Positions 42,401-57,400 are shown, numbered from the stretch's first letter. The stretch is DNA of 64,000 bases from Mytilus trossulus (GCF_036588685.1 NC_086378.1:77686001-77750000); one strand, 5' to 3'. Notes: a model not told the origin generated them from the letters alone. Numbers and translations: made by a program.

Positions 42401-45400
42401 AGAGACAGTACACCATCCACATACCGAAAGGTGAAATTAAAAGACTGTTTTTCTTTTCTCCTTTATGCACAAGGCATTGGATAAATTAAGAAGCAGCAGT
42501 AGTTTAACGATGTTAAATTCCTGGAAATCGAGTATAGAAGATACAAATAATGGAACAAACGTAAGTTCTTTAATAACGATTTTTAAAAGGACAACAATGT
42601 GTAAGACATATAACCGTTTAAACTAAGTTTGATATAACTCTCCATCCAAGTCACAATTTATAAAGTAAACCATTACATGTCATGTTGCGGTCTTCAACAC
42701 AGAACCTTGGCTCACATCGAACAGCAAGCTAAAAGGGCATCAAAACATTACTAATGTAAAACCATCCTTAGACAACAAAGTGTGAATATACATAACGAAT
42801 GTTGCATGCTTAAAAATGGCTTACCCTGTTGACGCACTTGGTCTCGATGCAACCGATTTCCTATAGTTTTGTTTGTTACCCTGATCAATTTCTTTCTAAT
42901 CGATTTCCGCCATTTGAATATTTGTAAGCCATTGTCGGCTCAAAAATATACATCCCATCTCAATAATTTATATGATATGATTGTATTTAGAACAACCTAT
43001 ATGTTTTGTAAAAGAAAAATTTACCAAAATATTTTTGTCAAATATCTTATATTCTCCCAGTAAATTTGGCAACGATAGGGTTATGTCTAGAATTTTTTTT
43101 ATTCCTCAATAATTTCTTCTACAAATTTTATTTAAAAAAAATGGTTAGTCTACAATCTAATTAATTAACAGGATTTCTCAGTAAAATACATTTTTGAGAT
43201 ATTAAATTTGAATAATATAGTTGACAAATATCAAGTTATTCTTTATTCTATGTTAGAACATATTGGTTTTAATTTCAAATTTCCTTTTATATTTCGTCTT
43301 CAGAAATGAACCTACCGTACTGAAGTATGTCTCTTTAAAGGTGCTAAATTTAAACATCGACACTGCCATGCAGTCAGAGAATTTTCAACAACATAGCTCT
43401 ACAACATTTTGAATGTGTGTTTTGCGGAAGGTATCTCTTGTGTTCCCCTACATCACGAACTTTGTTAGATAGTCTTTAAAATTCGAATTATAGGGTTAAA
43501 GTTTTGTTAACGACATCTCTATTGAGCACACTTTATGCATTCACCAATTTTTCTTTACATACTAGAATATGAACACAACGTGATGGCATACGTTTGAGAT
43601 ATAGCAAATAGTTTGGTTAACATATGTACGTCGCAATTATACTCACAACTATACATATTCTGTACATTGTACACATCATTATGAATAAACAAATGTTTAT
43701 TCGATTGCCTTACAAAAACGTACTTTTAAAGTACATCACAACCTGGACTAGAAATGTATTTATGGGAAACACCAATTCACAGTATGCAGATTCTCTAATA
43801 TTCAAGAAATGAACCTGACAAAATAGTCAGTTAGAATTAATATGCACTACTATTCTATTCAAGGTCAACACATACGGCTGTGCGGCATATTTCAACATTT
43901 ATATGGCCCGTACCTCCTACGATTTGAACTTATACTAAAATGCTGTACGACCCCTACCTTCACTTTTTCCCTACTTCCGATTCAATTTTTACTGCATTAT
44001 TATATTTTTATACTAGTGACAGTCCCAATTTGTATCTCTATAAGATGAAGCATAGAGATCAAATATGGAAACCAGTACGTCAACAAATCAAATTACCAGT
44101 TTAGTATCTATGAATATTACATATCACCCAATAAGAAGCGGGGTTTGAGAGTCAAATGTATTTACAAAGTGCAACCTTAAGGATACTTTTAAATATAGAA
44201 TGTAAGCTTTATATCTAGATCTTTTTAAGAAACTGTCCAGATATATAACTTCATTCTTTACGTGTTTAATATATATGGCAAAGATGACAATATCAGTTTC
44301 CCTACTGTCGACATCCTATTATAAGTATTGTTAGATTTCAATTGACAAGTTGCATGCGTCTAAAAGAAAATCATATTTTACCGACTTATTAAGTGGGTAG
44401 TTTTCCTTTAAATAAAACGGTCTCATAAGTGTTATTAAGGAGAAAGCCACTAAAATCATAAGTTTTACAGTTATTGTCACTAATTCATGTAATCGATAGA
44501 CCGATACGATAAATGTCTCTACACAAAATGTAATGCTATCGTGGTCGTGGATCTAAAGGTAAGATATAGTTTGTATTGACAGTCATATTCCAAATATCAA
44601 AACCAATTAATTTGAACACTGTAAAAACAACTGTCATTCATAATATCTATTCACACTATGTCATTTTCTAAATGTTTTTTCATAGAATGTTATTCTTCAT
44701 TCAAAACATCTGATTGACTCCTTCACTAGCAAGTGTGTGATTTTTATTTCAGTAATAAAGTGTACTTACGATGTATTATATCCGAGCATAGAGCAGATAA
44801 CTTTGGCATCTGCGATGTCAAAGTCATCGCTACATACAGTTCCCCATATTTGATTGTGATTTACTTCTAAACGCCCTTCTGACGGATTGTCACCACCGTA
44901 CAGTCTAACCAACGTTTCTAAGATAAACAAGCAAACGATTTATATAATCAAATTTTATTACAAAGCTCTAATCAAACTCTCTCATATCATAAGCCCGTTT
45001 TGTTTGGAATTTTCAATGGATCTCAAATCTTTGATGGTTACTATTTAAACATTTCGTTTCATACTTTGCCGTTTTTAAACAATATATTATAAAAAGTCCA
45101 CATGTTTTATTTAGATATCTTTGGTTTTTAGTGCTGTTAGTTTGTTGTCATTTTACAGTATGTCTTATATCTACTTTAACAATGTGTAGTAGTGGAATAA
45201 TCTAAGAAAGAAAGGGTAGATTTGAACTTAATAAAAAGACAATAAGTGAATTTTGATGTTTTAATTATTGTTTGTGCTTTGCGCTCCATGATATAGCTGA
45301 CAATCAAACATGCATAATTTTAAGACCTGCCTTTTTTGTCGATATTTGGATTGAAAGCATGCATGTTAGGATTCAACATTTTACATTTTCATTATATGCA

Positions 45401-48400
45401 TAACACATTGCTAAGAGGGTGATAGGGCAACTTGGTACCCACAAAAACATTGTCAACCGCAGCAAATTCAAGGTTGATAATGCTTTTTCTCGGGGTACCA
45501 AACTGTTCTATTACCCTCTCAGATATGTGTTATTTAATTTATTAAACTGAATGATCTATCATTATTGTCTTTTACAGATGAATGTTATCAAAAGAATTCT
45601 ATATGACGTCACCTACATAAAAACTTTACTTGGATTAGAAGAGAAGCAAGATGATTTTTTTTTATTTTGAGGGAAAAAAATAAAATCTGAGCCAAAACGT
45701 AAAACTTAAGTAGTTATCAAAGGTACCAGGATTATAATTTAGTACGCCAGACGCGCGTTTCGTCTACATACATGTAAGACTCATCAGTGACGCCCATATC
45801 GAAATATCTATAAACAATTACAAAGTTGAAGAGCATTGACGATCCATATTCCAAAATGTTGTGCCATAACGGCTAAGGTAATTTGTGCCTGAGAAAAGAA
45901 AATCCTTAGTTTTGTCGAATAATTCAAAGTTTTGAACACAGAAAATTTATAAAAATGACCTCATTATTAATATTCATGTCAACACCGGAATGGTGACATG
46001 AATATCGATAAGCATTGTCTTTAATAACATTATGTAATTTTAATTCATTGTCCTTTAAATTATCGATTTTTGATCGGTGTGGACGAGACGATGACATTAA
46101 AAAAAAATGTCATCCGCTCAGCCATGTGATAGACTAAATTGACACACTCGTATTAGCCAATCAAAAATATTTTTACATGAAGTATGATACAATTATATAA
46201 CACAATATAACACCAAAATGTAAGTAAACGTAAGCAAATTCTTTCCTGAAATCCAATCAGAACAAAACTACATTTCGAATAATATTCTTGGAAACCAAAA
46301 TTACATTACATTTAGTATATTACCTCTGCTGCTATCATGTGAATTTTGTCAGAATTCAACAACTTTCAAATCACTAGTTTAACCATATGAGATCAACTTT
46401 TACGAATTTGGCTCTTTGTTTGGTGGTATTATAAAAATGCTAGACGTTTTGTTGGCAGTATATTTGTTGGGTTTAGTGGACTGGTAATACAACAAACATT
46501 CTATTAAGTATGTTGATTATGCACCTGTATTGACCGATTAATTTTAGTACATAACATATAAAAAGCGTCTTTCATCTTTATTATTGCATACAATTAATAT
46601 GTCGGTGCACCCGGTCTCGCTCCTTTAATTTTTGGGTTGTGATTTTTTTTTTAATATTAAATACTTATGGATTTATGACATTTACACAAAGGGTAAACTA
46701 CTCTTTTTAGGAAAATAAAATCATATGTTAATACATACTACAGAATACCCCAGCATCACTTCCACTAGAACAATTTGTATTATGCCAGCCTGCAGATGAA
46801 CATTTGGTGATATCCAACTCATCACCGGTGCAGTTAACGTTTGCTAAATGTAGAGATTCATTGTTCTTTCCAAAGCAGGAAGTGCATATTTCAGGAAATC
46901 TATGGAAAGCAGCAAAAAGAATAATAATGTAAATAACATTAACATATAAATAAATATAAAAAATCTCTGAATGAATGTATAATAAAAACTATAACATAAA
47001 TTCCCATACGTTTTGGTAATTACGGCCTTCTTCATTGAAATAAAAGAGGGACGAAAGATACCAAAGGGACAGTCAAACTCACAAATCCAAAACAAACTGA
47101 CAACGCCATGACCAAACACGAAAAAGAAACTACAACATTTCAACAACAATCACATCGCTTGAATATGTTCCGGACCATATGAGTATTGGACCATACGCGT
47201 ATGGTCATGACCGTATGCGTATACTCATATGGTCCGACCATACGCGTATGGTCCGACCGTACGCGTATGGTCGGACCATATGAGTATAATACTCGTTTGG
47301 TTATTAACGGGCCGGACCATATGAGTATTTGGACCATATAGGTATTAATATTTTTTCAAATTACATTATAAACGTTTCAATAATACAAAAACTTTATCTA
47401 AAAAAACAGTGATGGTTTAAAACATGACAATTTTTTTAATTTTATAATCCAAAAAACTACGTAAAAATTTAATATTGATGCCATAGTTACTTTTCATCGC
47501 TAGTTACATTCCTGCATAAAGGTTTGGATGACATTCACTTCCACACAGTATCATAGCTTTTTTGCATTTGCAAGAAATTTGTGCACGATCTTTTTCATTT
47601 ACACATTTTGTTTGCGAGTGAAAAAACAAGCCTTTTTGCAGCTGCGTTCAGTGATACCGAGGTCTTTGGCAATTCTGATGTCTACGGTGTTTTTAAGAAG
47701 CTCTAGATCTCAAATATCGTAAAATGACTGCAATACACCATCTTCACAACACAACTTAAATAAACTAATAGTATGCTACTTTCCAGTGACTTCTTATGTA
47801 ACAGTTCATTAAGAAATTTTTGGAATTTAATTTTTTAGTCGACATATTGCCAATTACTCGTAATAACTAATCGGTAATGACCATCGGTATAAAATGTGTT
47901 TACTTTAAATTTGACAATTAAGTAAAATTAACTATGTGAAACTTCTTATTTTTATTTAGCTTATCTTTTTATTATAATATAATGATAGAATTACCTATAT
48001 GATAGCGTATTTTGAATGAACGGTCATACCATATGAAGAGTTTAGAAGTATTAAAAGTAAACTGTAACAGAGTGTTAATTACCCCGACCATACGCGTATG
48101 GTCCAAATACTCATATGGTCCGGAACAAATACATTATTTTATAATAACTACTCCATTTTCCATGTATGACGTTCATTTGTCACTTTTTTTCTTTTATTCA
48201 TATAAATATTTTCATTATCGTTCATACATTGTTTTGAGTCTATCAGGCTCTATTTTTTTTTTTTATCCAAAAGGCTTCTTTAGTTTTTCTGTAAAATTAT
48301 GTTCAAAATACTCTTTCTATGGCGGTAACTTTTATTTTTTTCTTCAAATGATTATACTGGATGAAGTTGTTGTCTACCGTATCTTCTGTTTTCTTTGTTC

Positions 48401-51400
48401 GTATTTTTGAAAAGTTGAATAGCATCCGTTGATATAAGTTTTTCGCATTTTGTACAGTTAATTGCGTACACTACGCATATTCTTTCCCGTTTTGTCACAA
48501 AATACCTGGGTTTCATTATGTGTGAGCATAATGTACAATGGTTACCACATGGTACAATCCATTACTTTTTCTCTTATAAAATTGTAAATTATGCTTTTTG
48601 TGCGCTAATATGTCTTTTATGTTGTTATCGCGTTTAAATGCTCGATGCACGAATAGCAGGAGACGCACCCGATATCGCTCTATTTGATGCTCGTGCGATT
48701 TCGTTTATGTAAGTACTGTTTGTTGTCTTCACTTGTATATTTCAATTGATTTACGATATTTGAACATCGGTAAACTAATTTCATCTTAATTTGATAGGTT
48801 TATTTCCATAATGATAGTGATGTACATACATGTAATCTATTCCGTTTGGTTATAATATTTTTACCAGTTTTTGTTATTTATTTTGTTAGGTTCGATTGGC
48901 AGATATGAGTCTTTTGCATACAACAAGTGTAACGTAAGTACCAAATTAAAATGACTGATGTCTTTTGACATGTTTTGGAGCAATTCATCTTTTACTTACG
49001 GGTTGTTATAACCCAGCATGGAACAAAATACTCGTGCATCAGCCATGTCAAAATTAGATGAACAGATACTACCATAAACGTTGTTGTATTTAATTTCAAT
49101 ACGTCCCTCGTCTGGAGATTTTCCATTAACAAGCCTTACATCTGTTCCTAAAAAAAACAATTATAATTCCTGCTTCACAGAATAGATATAACACTTCAAA
49201 CTAGTTGTAAACAAATTAGACTAATGCTATGATTATATATCACTTTAAGTAAAGCTAATGACATTTTTTCAAAAGTTCAAACGAAAGTGTTACGTACCAC
49301 AAATGAATTGATTATCGGTTGCTTCACGCAAGGGCAAATGTTTCTTGCATGTTCAGGACGTAAATAAGCAATTAAACAATTCATCAGATTGTCATATAAA
49401 GGATGTCGTCCTGGTTGTATATCTTGATAATTAAACCGCCACTCAAAAATAAGGGTATATGGGATAAGGATAGAAATTTAGCCTTCCAAGAGGACACCTA
49501 AAGAACCCTTAAATAGTTGTTGCGTGGTTTCTTCATTGCAGAAAGTGTGGAATTTTCTCTTCTAAAGGCATTTGATTACACGCCCACATTTTTACATGAC
49601 AAATGGACCATATTTATATTCCAGCTACTGTTTGAATGACCAAGCATATGCATTTGCAAAATATAATGTTCAAGTCTACAATCAAGCCATTGCAAAAGTA
49701 CTTCAGTACGATAATCTTTTCGGTTTTACATTAACAATGATTGCATTTTGTTGTTTTTGGTTTATTTTCTTCCTTTTAACAGTCAATTTGGTACTTGTAT
49801 CTTCTTTTTGGATCTCTGTATATCAAAGCTATTGACTCAGTCGTTTATTTATAATACTCATCAAGGATTCTTTTTTTCGATAAGTCACCTATCAAATTGC
49901 AAAATCAAATGCTCAAAAACATCAAACGAATTGATATCAACTCTCAAACTCCTATTAAACTAAAATTGGTTGTCTGACAGATTCCAAAAATGCATCCACG
50001 TTTTAACTACCTTTGTCAAGCTGTTGAACAAAAATACAAATTCATAGTGTTAAGATCTAGAAGTGCTTGTTAAAATATGACATATACATGTGTTGAACCA
50101 TCGAACGAAATGAGGGAGGGACAAACTAATACACACATCAAATATATTTAACATGAACGACAATGTGAGAAGGTTTATAAAATACAACTTGTTACACTTT
50201 CACTTTTAAGGTTTACTCCAACAAGAGTAATTTTGTTTAAGATTTTCGGCATCACCAATATATTCGGATTCAACCACGTTCACTGCATCGAGTGTAATAC
50301 GATAATCATTAGACAGTTAAATTTCTATGGGAGGCTCGCCAAGCATTTTTAAATACTTAAAAATAAACTGTCGAGAGTGAATACAAAAGTCATATTGTAA
50401 TGCACGGGATTCGGTGGCGGAACCTGTTCCGCTAATGATTTCTTGACGATATGTTGCTTATCCTAAGCCGTCTTCTCAAACGACATGCAAACATATGTGT
50501 TCTTTTTAAGTGTCGTCATCAGACATGATGGATTTTTTTTGTGACGTCATAAAAAGAACTTCAGAGGAAAGCAAGAAAATTTGACGTCATAATCGAAATT
50601 TTAACCAATGAAGAACTGAGATTAAACGAATCACACGTTGAATAAACAACATTAACCAACAGGTCAGGAAACGGATAAATCGAGTAAGAATTAGGGAAAA
50701 TATTGAACATACTACAAATGATCCCAACATCATTTCCATGTCCACAGTTATAATGTTTTCCGCTAATAAATCCACATTCACTCAAACCTTGCTCGATCCC
50801 ACTGCAACTAAGCTGTGCCATCATAACTTTTCCCAATCCTTCACCAAATTTTGTTGTTATTTCTGGTTCCCTTAATTCCAAAAACAATAAAATAGTGATG
50901 AATATTGTCGCCTGAAATCATTTAATAACTGTCCATACATGTCATCTAAAATTTAACATTGTTTCTGAATCAAATTTTTCAATTTCATTTTACTACTTTT
51001 CTTGATAAATGTATAGGTTGGAACAATGAATCATTTTGTCTGCTGATACAAGTATTAGAAAACAACGACCATAAAGCAAAAGAAAACATATAGGTTTGCA
51101 TTTGATTTCTAACAGAAGGTTAAAAATTAAAGTATTAAGTATCACATCACACAATGGTAATCCAATAGCGTTTTCAATATAACATATTAAAACAAAACTA
51201 TGTAGTCAATAGATTAATATACGTACAAAACATCGTATCCTAATGATTTACATACAACTCGAGCGTCATTTATATCAAACCCATCACTACAAACGGTGCC
51301 CCATTGTTCATCTAAACTGACTTCAAGTCTGCCTTCGTTCAATGAACTTCCTCCTACGAGACGAAATGGTATTCCTAAAATTGCATAGAAAAAATAAGAA

Positions 51401-54400
51401 AACAAATGAGTAGTTAGACATATCTGTGTTGAAAAAATATAACGTAAAATACTATGAAATAGGTAAGATTAAACTTTTTATCTTTCGGTGTTTTAACTTC
51501 TGTTAAAATATTTTTGGATTAATATTATTCATGTTCTGTGACTCAAACAATGTAAAACTATAGCTCAGTAAAATCACATACACATTATTCTTCAAAACTC
51601 AGTTCCAAACAGCAAAGTTAGTCAAATCATTTGGTATATATACCAAAGTGTTAATACTATTTCACGTTTATTTCTTTAAAAAAAAACATGTATTTTCTCT
51701 CTACATTTTTGGTTTAAAGTTTAAATGAGGTGTTTGTTACTAAAGCGTATCTTTTTCAACATAATCTTATCTCTTTATGAATAAACATGTTTTTACTTAG
51801 CTTTCAGGACAAGATGAACCCTCCCGCACAGTAAGTAGTTCAGACAACATCAATTAAATGTACATTTCCATTTTGAAAATTAATTAAATTTTAGTTGTTC
51901 TACTGCTTATTGTAATTTGGAGTAATGTGTATTGTTGTCTTGATGACAAATTGATGTTACGTTAGATTATTTTCACAGAGTCCAGCTTTACCATAAAGGA
52001 CAGCATACCTAGTATATTAAATTATACTTATACTCACTGCAGGCAACACCTGCAGTATTATTTTGTGTACAATTAGTATGGTTCCATTCATCGACATTAC
52101 AATATGATATATCCGTCTCTGTTCCTACACAAGACAGTCCATCCATAGCAACAGGTGTTGATCCACCACCATAAAATGCATTCGAATACACCTTTGCATA
52201 TCTAGACATATTTTTCATTATACATAGAAATTAAAAGTACTATTTTTGCTGCATTCTGTTGTCTTTTTTTAGGACATGTATAAACTAAAAGGATTAAAAG
52301 ATAATTAATGCGCTTTCACAATTGGTCAAACAAGATTATCAAACAAACCTTCTACGGTAGATGTAGTTGAAACTATTGAAAAAAGAAATTAAGACAAACA
52401 TTGCTTAAAAAAAATGTTCCCGGAAGAAATGCGAAAATTGGTGCAACATAAACATATAATCATCATAGAAGAAAGTAAGGAATTCTTATTTATAATGATG
52501 CAAGCAGTAATTTAAATACATTTTTGTGGCGTCCAAAAATCTGAATTTAATTTATATCGATGACATCACGCTTGTTTTAGGAAATATTATGAATAGATAT
52601 TACCATTGTCAGAATTCTTTTATATTTTTATATAAGTTTTATGTATAATTTAACGCAAATTTAAAATATTTCAAAATTCAGTTGGAGTATACTGACAAAC
52701 AGAAAATGATACTGAAAGCAAAACAAAACATGTTTGATGATAAACTGGATGCATTTCATATATCAACTCGTGATATTATGCGCTCAGTAGTGCATGTTAT
52801 AAATTGAACATAATTGGATGCAGAAAAGGACCATTTGTGTGTCTTTTGTTGAAAATTAGACTGATATATCTTGGCTTTCAATTCTTTTGAAATTGTTTGA
52901 ATTATCTATTTCATTACAGTTCATTGAAATATTTTAAAGTCATATATGTTCAGAATCTCGGGAAATTAGATTTATATTTGTTAAGATGTATATTTGTTTC
53001 GCAGTTCATTAAAGCCTGTGATGGCGGTCTCGAAATAGCGTAGTTTAATTTGTTTGTTAAATTCGCTAATAAATGCATTCTGACCATTTAAGTAGTTAAT
53101 TGCAACTTACGAATCGTCATAACCAAGCATGCGACAAATGACTTTGCCTTCATTAATATCAAACGAATCATCACAGATTGATCCCCATTGGCCATTATGG
53201 TGTAGTTCTACCCTTCCTTGTGCCTCATTTATTCCATCAACAAGTCGTATTTTAGCCCCTAGTTTGAGATATGATTATATGAACTCACTATTTTAATGAT
53301 CGTTTTCAAAGTATCATCAATAAAAAATATATATTGTCTGATGTGCCTAACTAACATCCAATAAATAAAAACACATGTACTTTAGACATTACTTAAAAAA
53401 GTGTCAAGAAATTTATAATGAATGGTTTTCATTATGTATAGCTCTTTCGATACCTCTGCTGTTGGACTATTATTCCACAGGAGAATGATCTGTTGTGTAG
53501 TCAATACTTTGGTACAAGCATGATTAATAACAAACATTTATAAAATTATCCGTTAATAAATTTTTACATTTTAAGAGACCAATAAGCATCAACTCCCTCG
53601 GACAAAATTGACTTAAATGGTTTTGCCACGTTTTGTTTGTGTTTTATTTTTCATTGCATGCTCTTCAGTTGTTTTGGTTCTTTTAAAATCCTTGACTTTT
53701 TTATATAAAGCTTAGCACGTTCCTGATGAAGGTTTGTCTAATAAAAACAAAGCGCTTCAATAGCGTGTAATTTATACAGTGTTGTTTACATGTTATACTA
53801 TATCTATAGCACGTTATTTCAATTTTTTTTTGCAGTAAGTATATAACGAATCATATTTTTACGATCCGTCATTTTGACAAATATTCAGGTTTACGGTCAA
53901 TACGATATACATATTTCAGATGCAATATAACATGACTTTTTTGTGTATAATGAAAGATTCATATGCAAAACATATTTTTTGAAGTGTTTTCTTCTAGGGG
54001 TATGCTCCCTAGAAGCGAAGCGTTTATTCAACGTTACTTTATAGTTATTTATTCTTGATCAGAATGAACATCACACGCTTTAATACTAATCAAAACTGAT
54101 GACAGTAAACATTATTCTAGTGATTTTGAGAACAAGGCGAGTTTGAACTAAAAATTACAGGTTTCAAAACATTAAGGAACTGTACCGCATGATACACCGA
54201 CATCTTTTGAATGGCTACAGGTACCAGTTCTCCATCCGTCAAAAGTGCAGTCACCTATGTCAATTTCATTACCAACACATTTAACATTTTTCATCATGAC
54301 TGTTCCTATTCCTTCACCATAAATAGCTCCATCAAAGGCTTCAGCGAACCTATAAGTTATAAGATGAGTCATATGTAGTATAGACGAAACGCGCGTCTGA

Positions 54401-57400
54401 CGAACAAAATTATTATCCTGTTAACTTTGATAACTATATAATTACACGAAATAATTTGTATCAGCCAAAAAGAGTAATATGATAATAGTTCAAAGATAAA
54501 CAAAAAAAAACATTATTCGCCACTTTTATTGGTTCAATGAATTACAATGTATGAAAATCGCAATTTTGCAAATGATAAAACAAAAGTTCAATATTTTAAC
54601 AAAACATCTGATTTTAATATGAAGAAATACTTAGTATTATTAGACAAAAAAACACAGCCGATCATTACGTCTTATAAATATATAGTACACTTCATTTACG
54701 ATAATCATTCTATCATACTTTCAATCTTCAAAATAAATGGTTGAAATCGTTTGAATTTCTTTTGCGTTTTATAACAACAGTGGTACACAAAACTTTTTCA
54801 GTTATGACGATTTGACATATTGAAGCTGTAGACCTTGTAGGATTTGTAGCCATATACATTTGATCAAGAATAAAAATAAGAACTATCATCTTTCGTTTTC
54901 TATATAAAGGCACCATTTATGTTTTGCGTTTTTCATTTTTGAGCGGATCATTTTGAAACATTCATATAAAAAAGGAAAACAAAAAAAGCTGTATTTGTAT
55001 GAACCTTAAGAGATCAACAATGTTTATTTACTTGATATCTCCCTCTATAACCTTCATTTGAAAACACAAATGTCCAATCAAAGAGACTGGTCGATTTGAA
55101 TAAATTTCTACTTTTGATGCAGACAAATTTACAGCCTCTCTCAAACATTTTGAAATAGTTTATGATGTAAATTGTTGACGAAATAACTTTTTATAGCAAA
55201 ACCTATATTTTCGCACAAAAAAGGTACATATAAAAGTTAACACTTAAACTGTATTTCAATTTAATAAAAGAAGTCCCTTTGTCAGTAGAATATAAAAATA
55301 AATCAAAATTTTGTTTCATGTATTTGTTTCTTTATCATAGAACAGATAATTTCAAAGTTGGGCGAGTTCCTAATGAAGGTTTATAAAATGAATTGGCATT
55401 CAAACTAACACACAGACGGTATGCTAACTTTTAATGTTAAAAAAGTAGTCCTTTAACCAATAAAAGTCAGAAAACAAAAACACAATTTAATTTTGTTGTG
55501 GATACAATTTTTTGGTCGTCACAAAACGTGTGTGCAAATTTGTAGAAATTCCATAAAGGTTTGTTGTTGTCTGAAAAACTTAAACACTAATTTTAAATTG
55601 ACTATGCAAAACACGAGTTCATGTGTCAGTAAATTAAGTGGAAATTATTTTTGACGAAACTGTCTTGTGGTCCCAAAGAACATTTGTATAAGTTTTATAA
55701 AATTCTATGAATCTTTAGTTCAATTGAAAAGCAATTGTTCAGAGAACAATTATAGGTCTTTCCATTTCTAACTATTTATTATGATATGAAAATATTAAAA
55801 TTCGGTTGAAAATGTAATTTCAAGAGACAAAAAGGTAATTCTAAGCTGATTAAAAAAACATATGGTTTCTACATACTTTCTAATGGAATAAGAAGAAAAA
55901 AATAATAATCAGAAGAAATCGAATAGGTCGTTACACGATAAAGTGGAAAGTGTATTAAAAGTACATATTAAAAAGCAGATGTGAACTTCAATGTTTATGA
56001 CACTGACGCCTATCACTATCTCTTGAATTTGCGACACATTGTAGCATTGTGGGAAATTGCTATTTTTGCATGCACAACACAAATTCATAATAATTTTAAA
56101 AAACCTGTACATTTTATTGACAAGTGTTTTTTTGTTTGTTTTTATACATGAAATATTTATAGAAAACACTTTTAGTTTCTAACCTTTAATATAGGAATTC
56201 CCTAAAAACGCTTTGAGATATACCTGCATTTTTAAACTGGTATATATAAATATAATACTTTATTTTCTTCTGAAATCAAAGACTTTTTTTTGATGGTTTT
56301 TATATAATTTAAGATAAAACAATGGTGCTATTTGAATATATCATTTAACTGTACTAACTTTGTATCATATCCAAGCATTCTGCATACTACTTTTGCACTG
56401 TTTACATTGAATGCATTGTCACACACAGTTCCCCACTGATTATTGTTGAAAACCTCTAATCGTCCTTCTGTTGCTGTCCTTCCGTTAACCAGTCTTATTT
56501 GTGTTTCTTTAATATTACAAGGGAAATAATGAAATGTTTAACATGTAATGCGTTAAAATGTTGGGTTTTTATTGTACGCATTTCCTTGTTCGTTATTTGT
56601 TAAAGCGAATACCACATATCCGATTGGTTACAGTTATGGTTAATGATTATCTTACGAAAGATTTGAATATTTGCTGGTCATTCGATAAGAGTGAGGAAAG
56701 TTGTGCTTAAGCTTTCAAAATGAAATTTGAAATTAAGAATACACTGGCAGAGATTGGTTCAATTGGATAAACAATAGACATAGGAAGATGTGGTGTGAGT
56801 GCCAATGAGACAACTCTCCATCCAAATAACAATTTAAAAATTAAACCATTATAGGTTAAAGTACGGCCTTCAACACGGAGCCTTGGCTCACACCGAACAA
56901 CAAGCTATAAAGGGCCCCAAAATTACTAGTGTAAAACCATTCAAACGGGAAAACCAACGGTCTAATCTATATAAACAAAACGAGAAACGAGAAACACGTA
57001 TATATTACATAAACAAACGACAACTACTGTACATCAGATTCCTGACTTAGGACAGGTGCAAACATTTGCAGCGGGATTAAACGTTTTAATGGGCCCAAAC
57101 CTTCTCCCTTTTTCTGAAACAATAGCATAACATCACAACATATAAAAACATACGATAAAATATCAATTAGCAGACTTAACTCAATCAAAAACGTATGATT
57201 ACACAAAGAACGAATAAATTTGATCTGCGATATCTGAATACAAATGCACAGTTAATTAAATATTAGAGACAAACAGTCATGACCAAAAGGCTATCAAATA
57301 AATTCAAACACACTGAGAAATATTTAACCAATCAATGTTCACTTTAGAAAAAAACCGGGTTTTTATAATCTTGAAGTTTATACAAATGTTGTAAGAATAA

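Noticed and set aside
47166-47340. CRISPR-like look of short palindromic repeats
   Set aside because: No unique spacers or regular period, eukaryotic context, and the repeats are part of a MITE terminus
55361-55385. gttcctaatgaagg as another hammerhead
   Set aside because: Core mutated and no GAAA or helix partners
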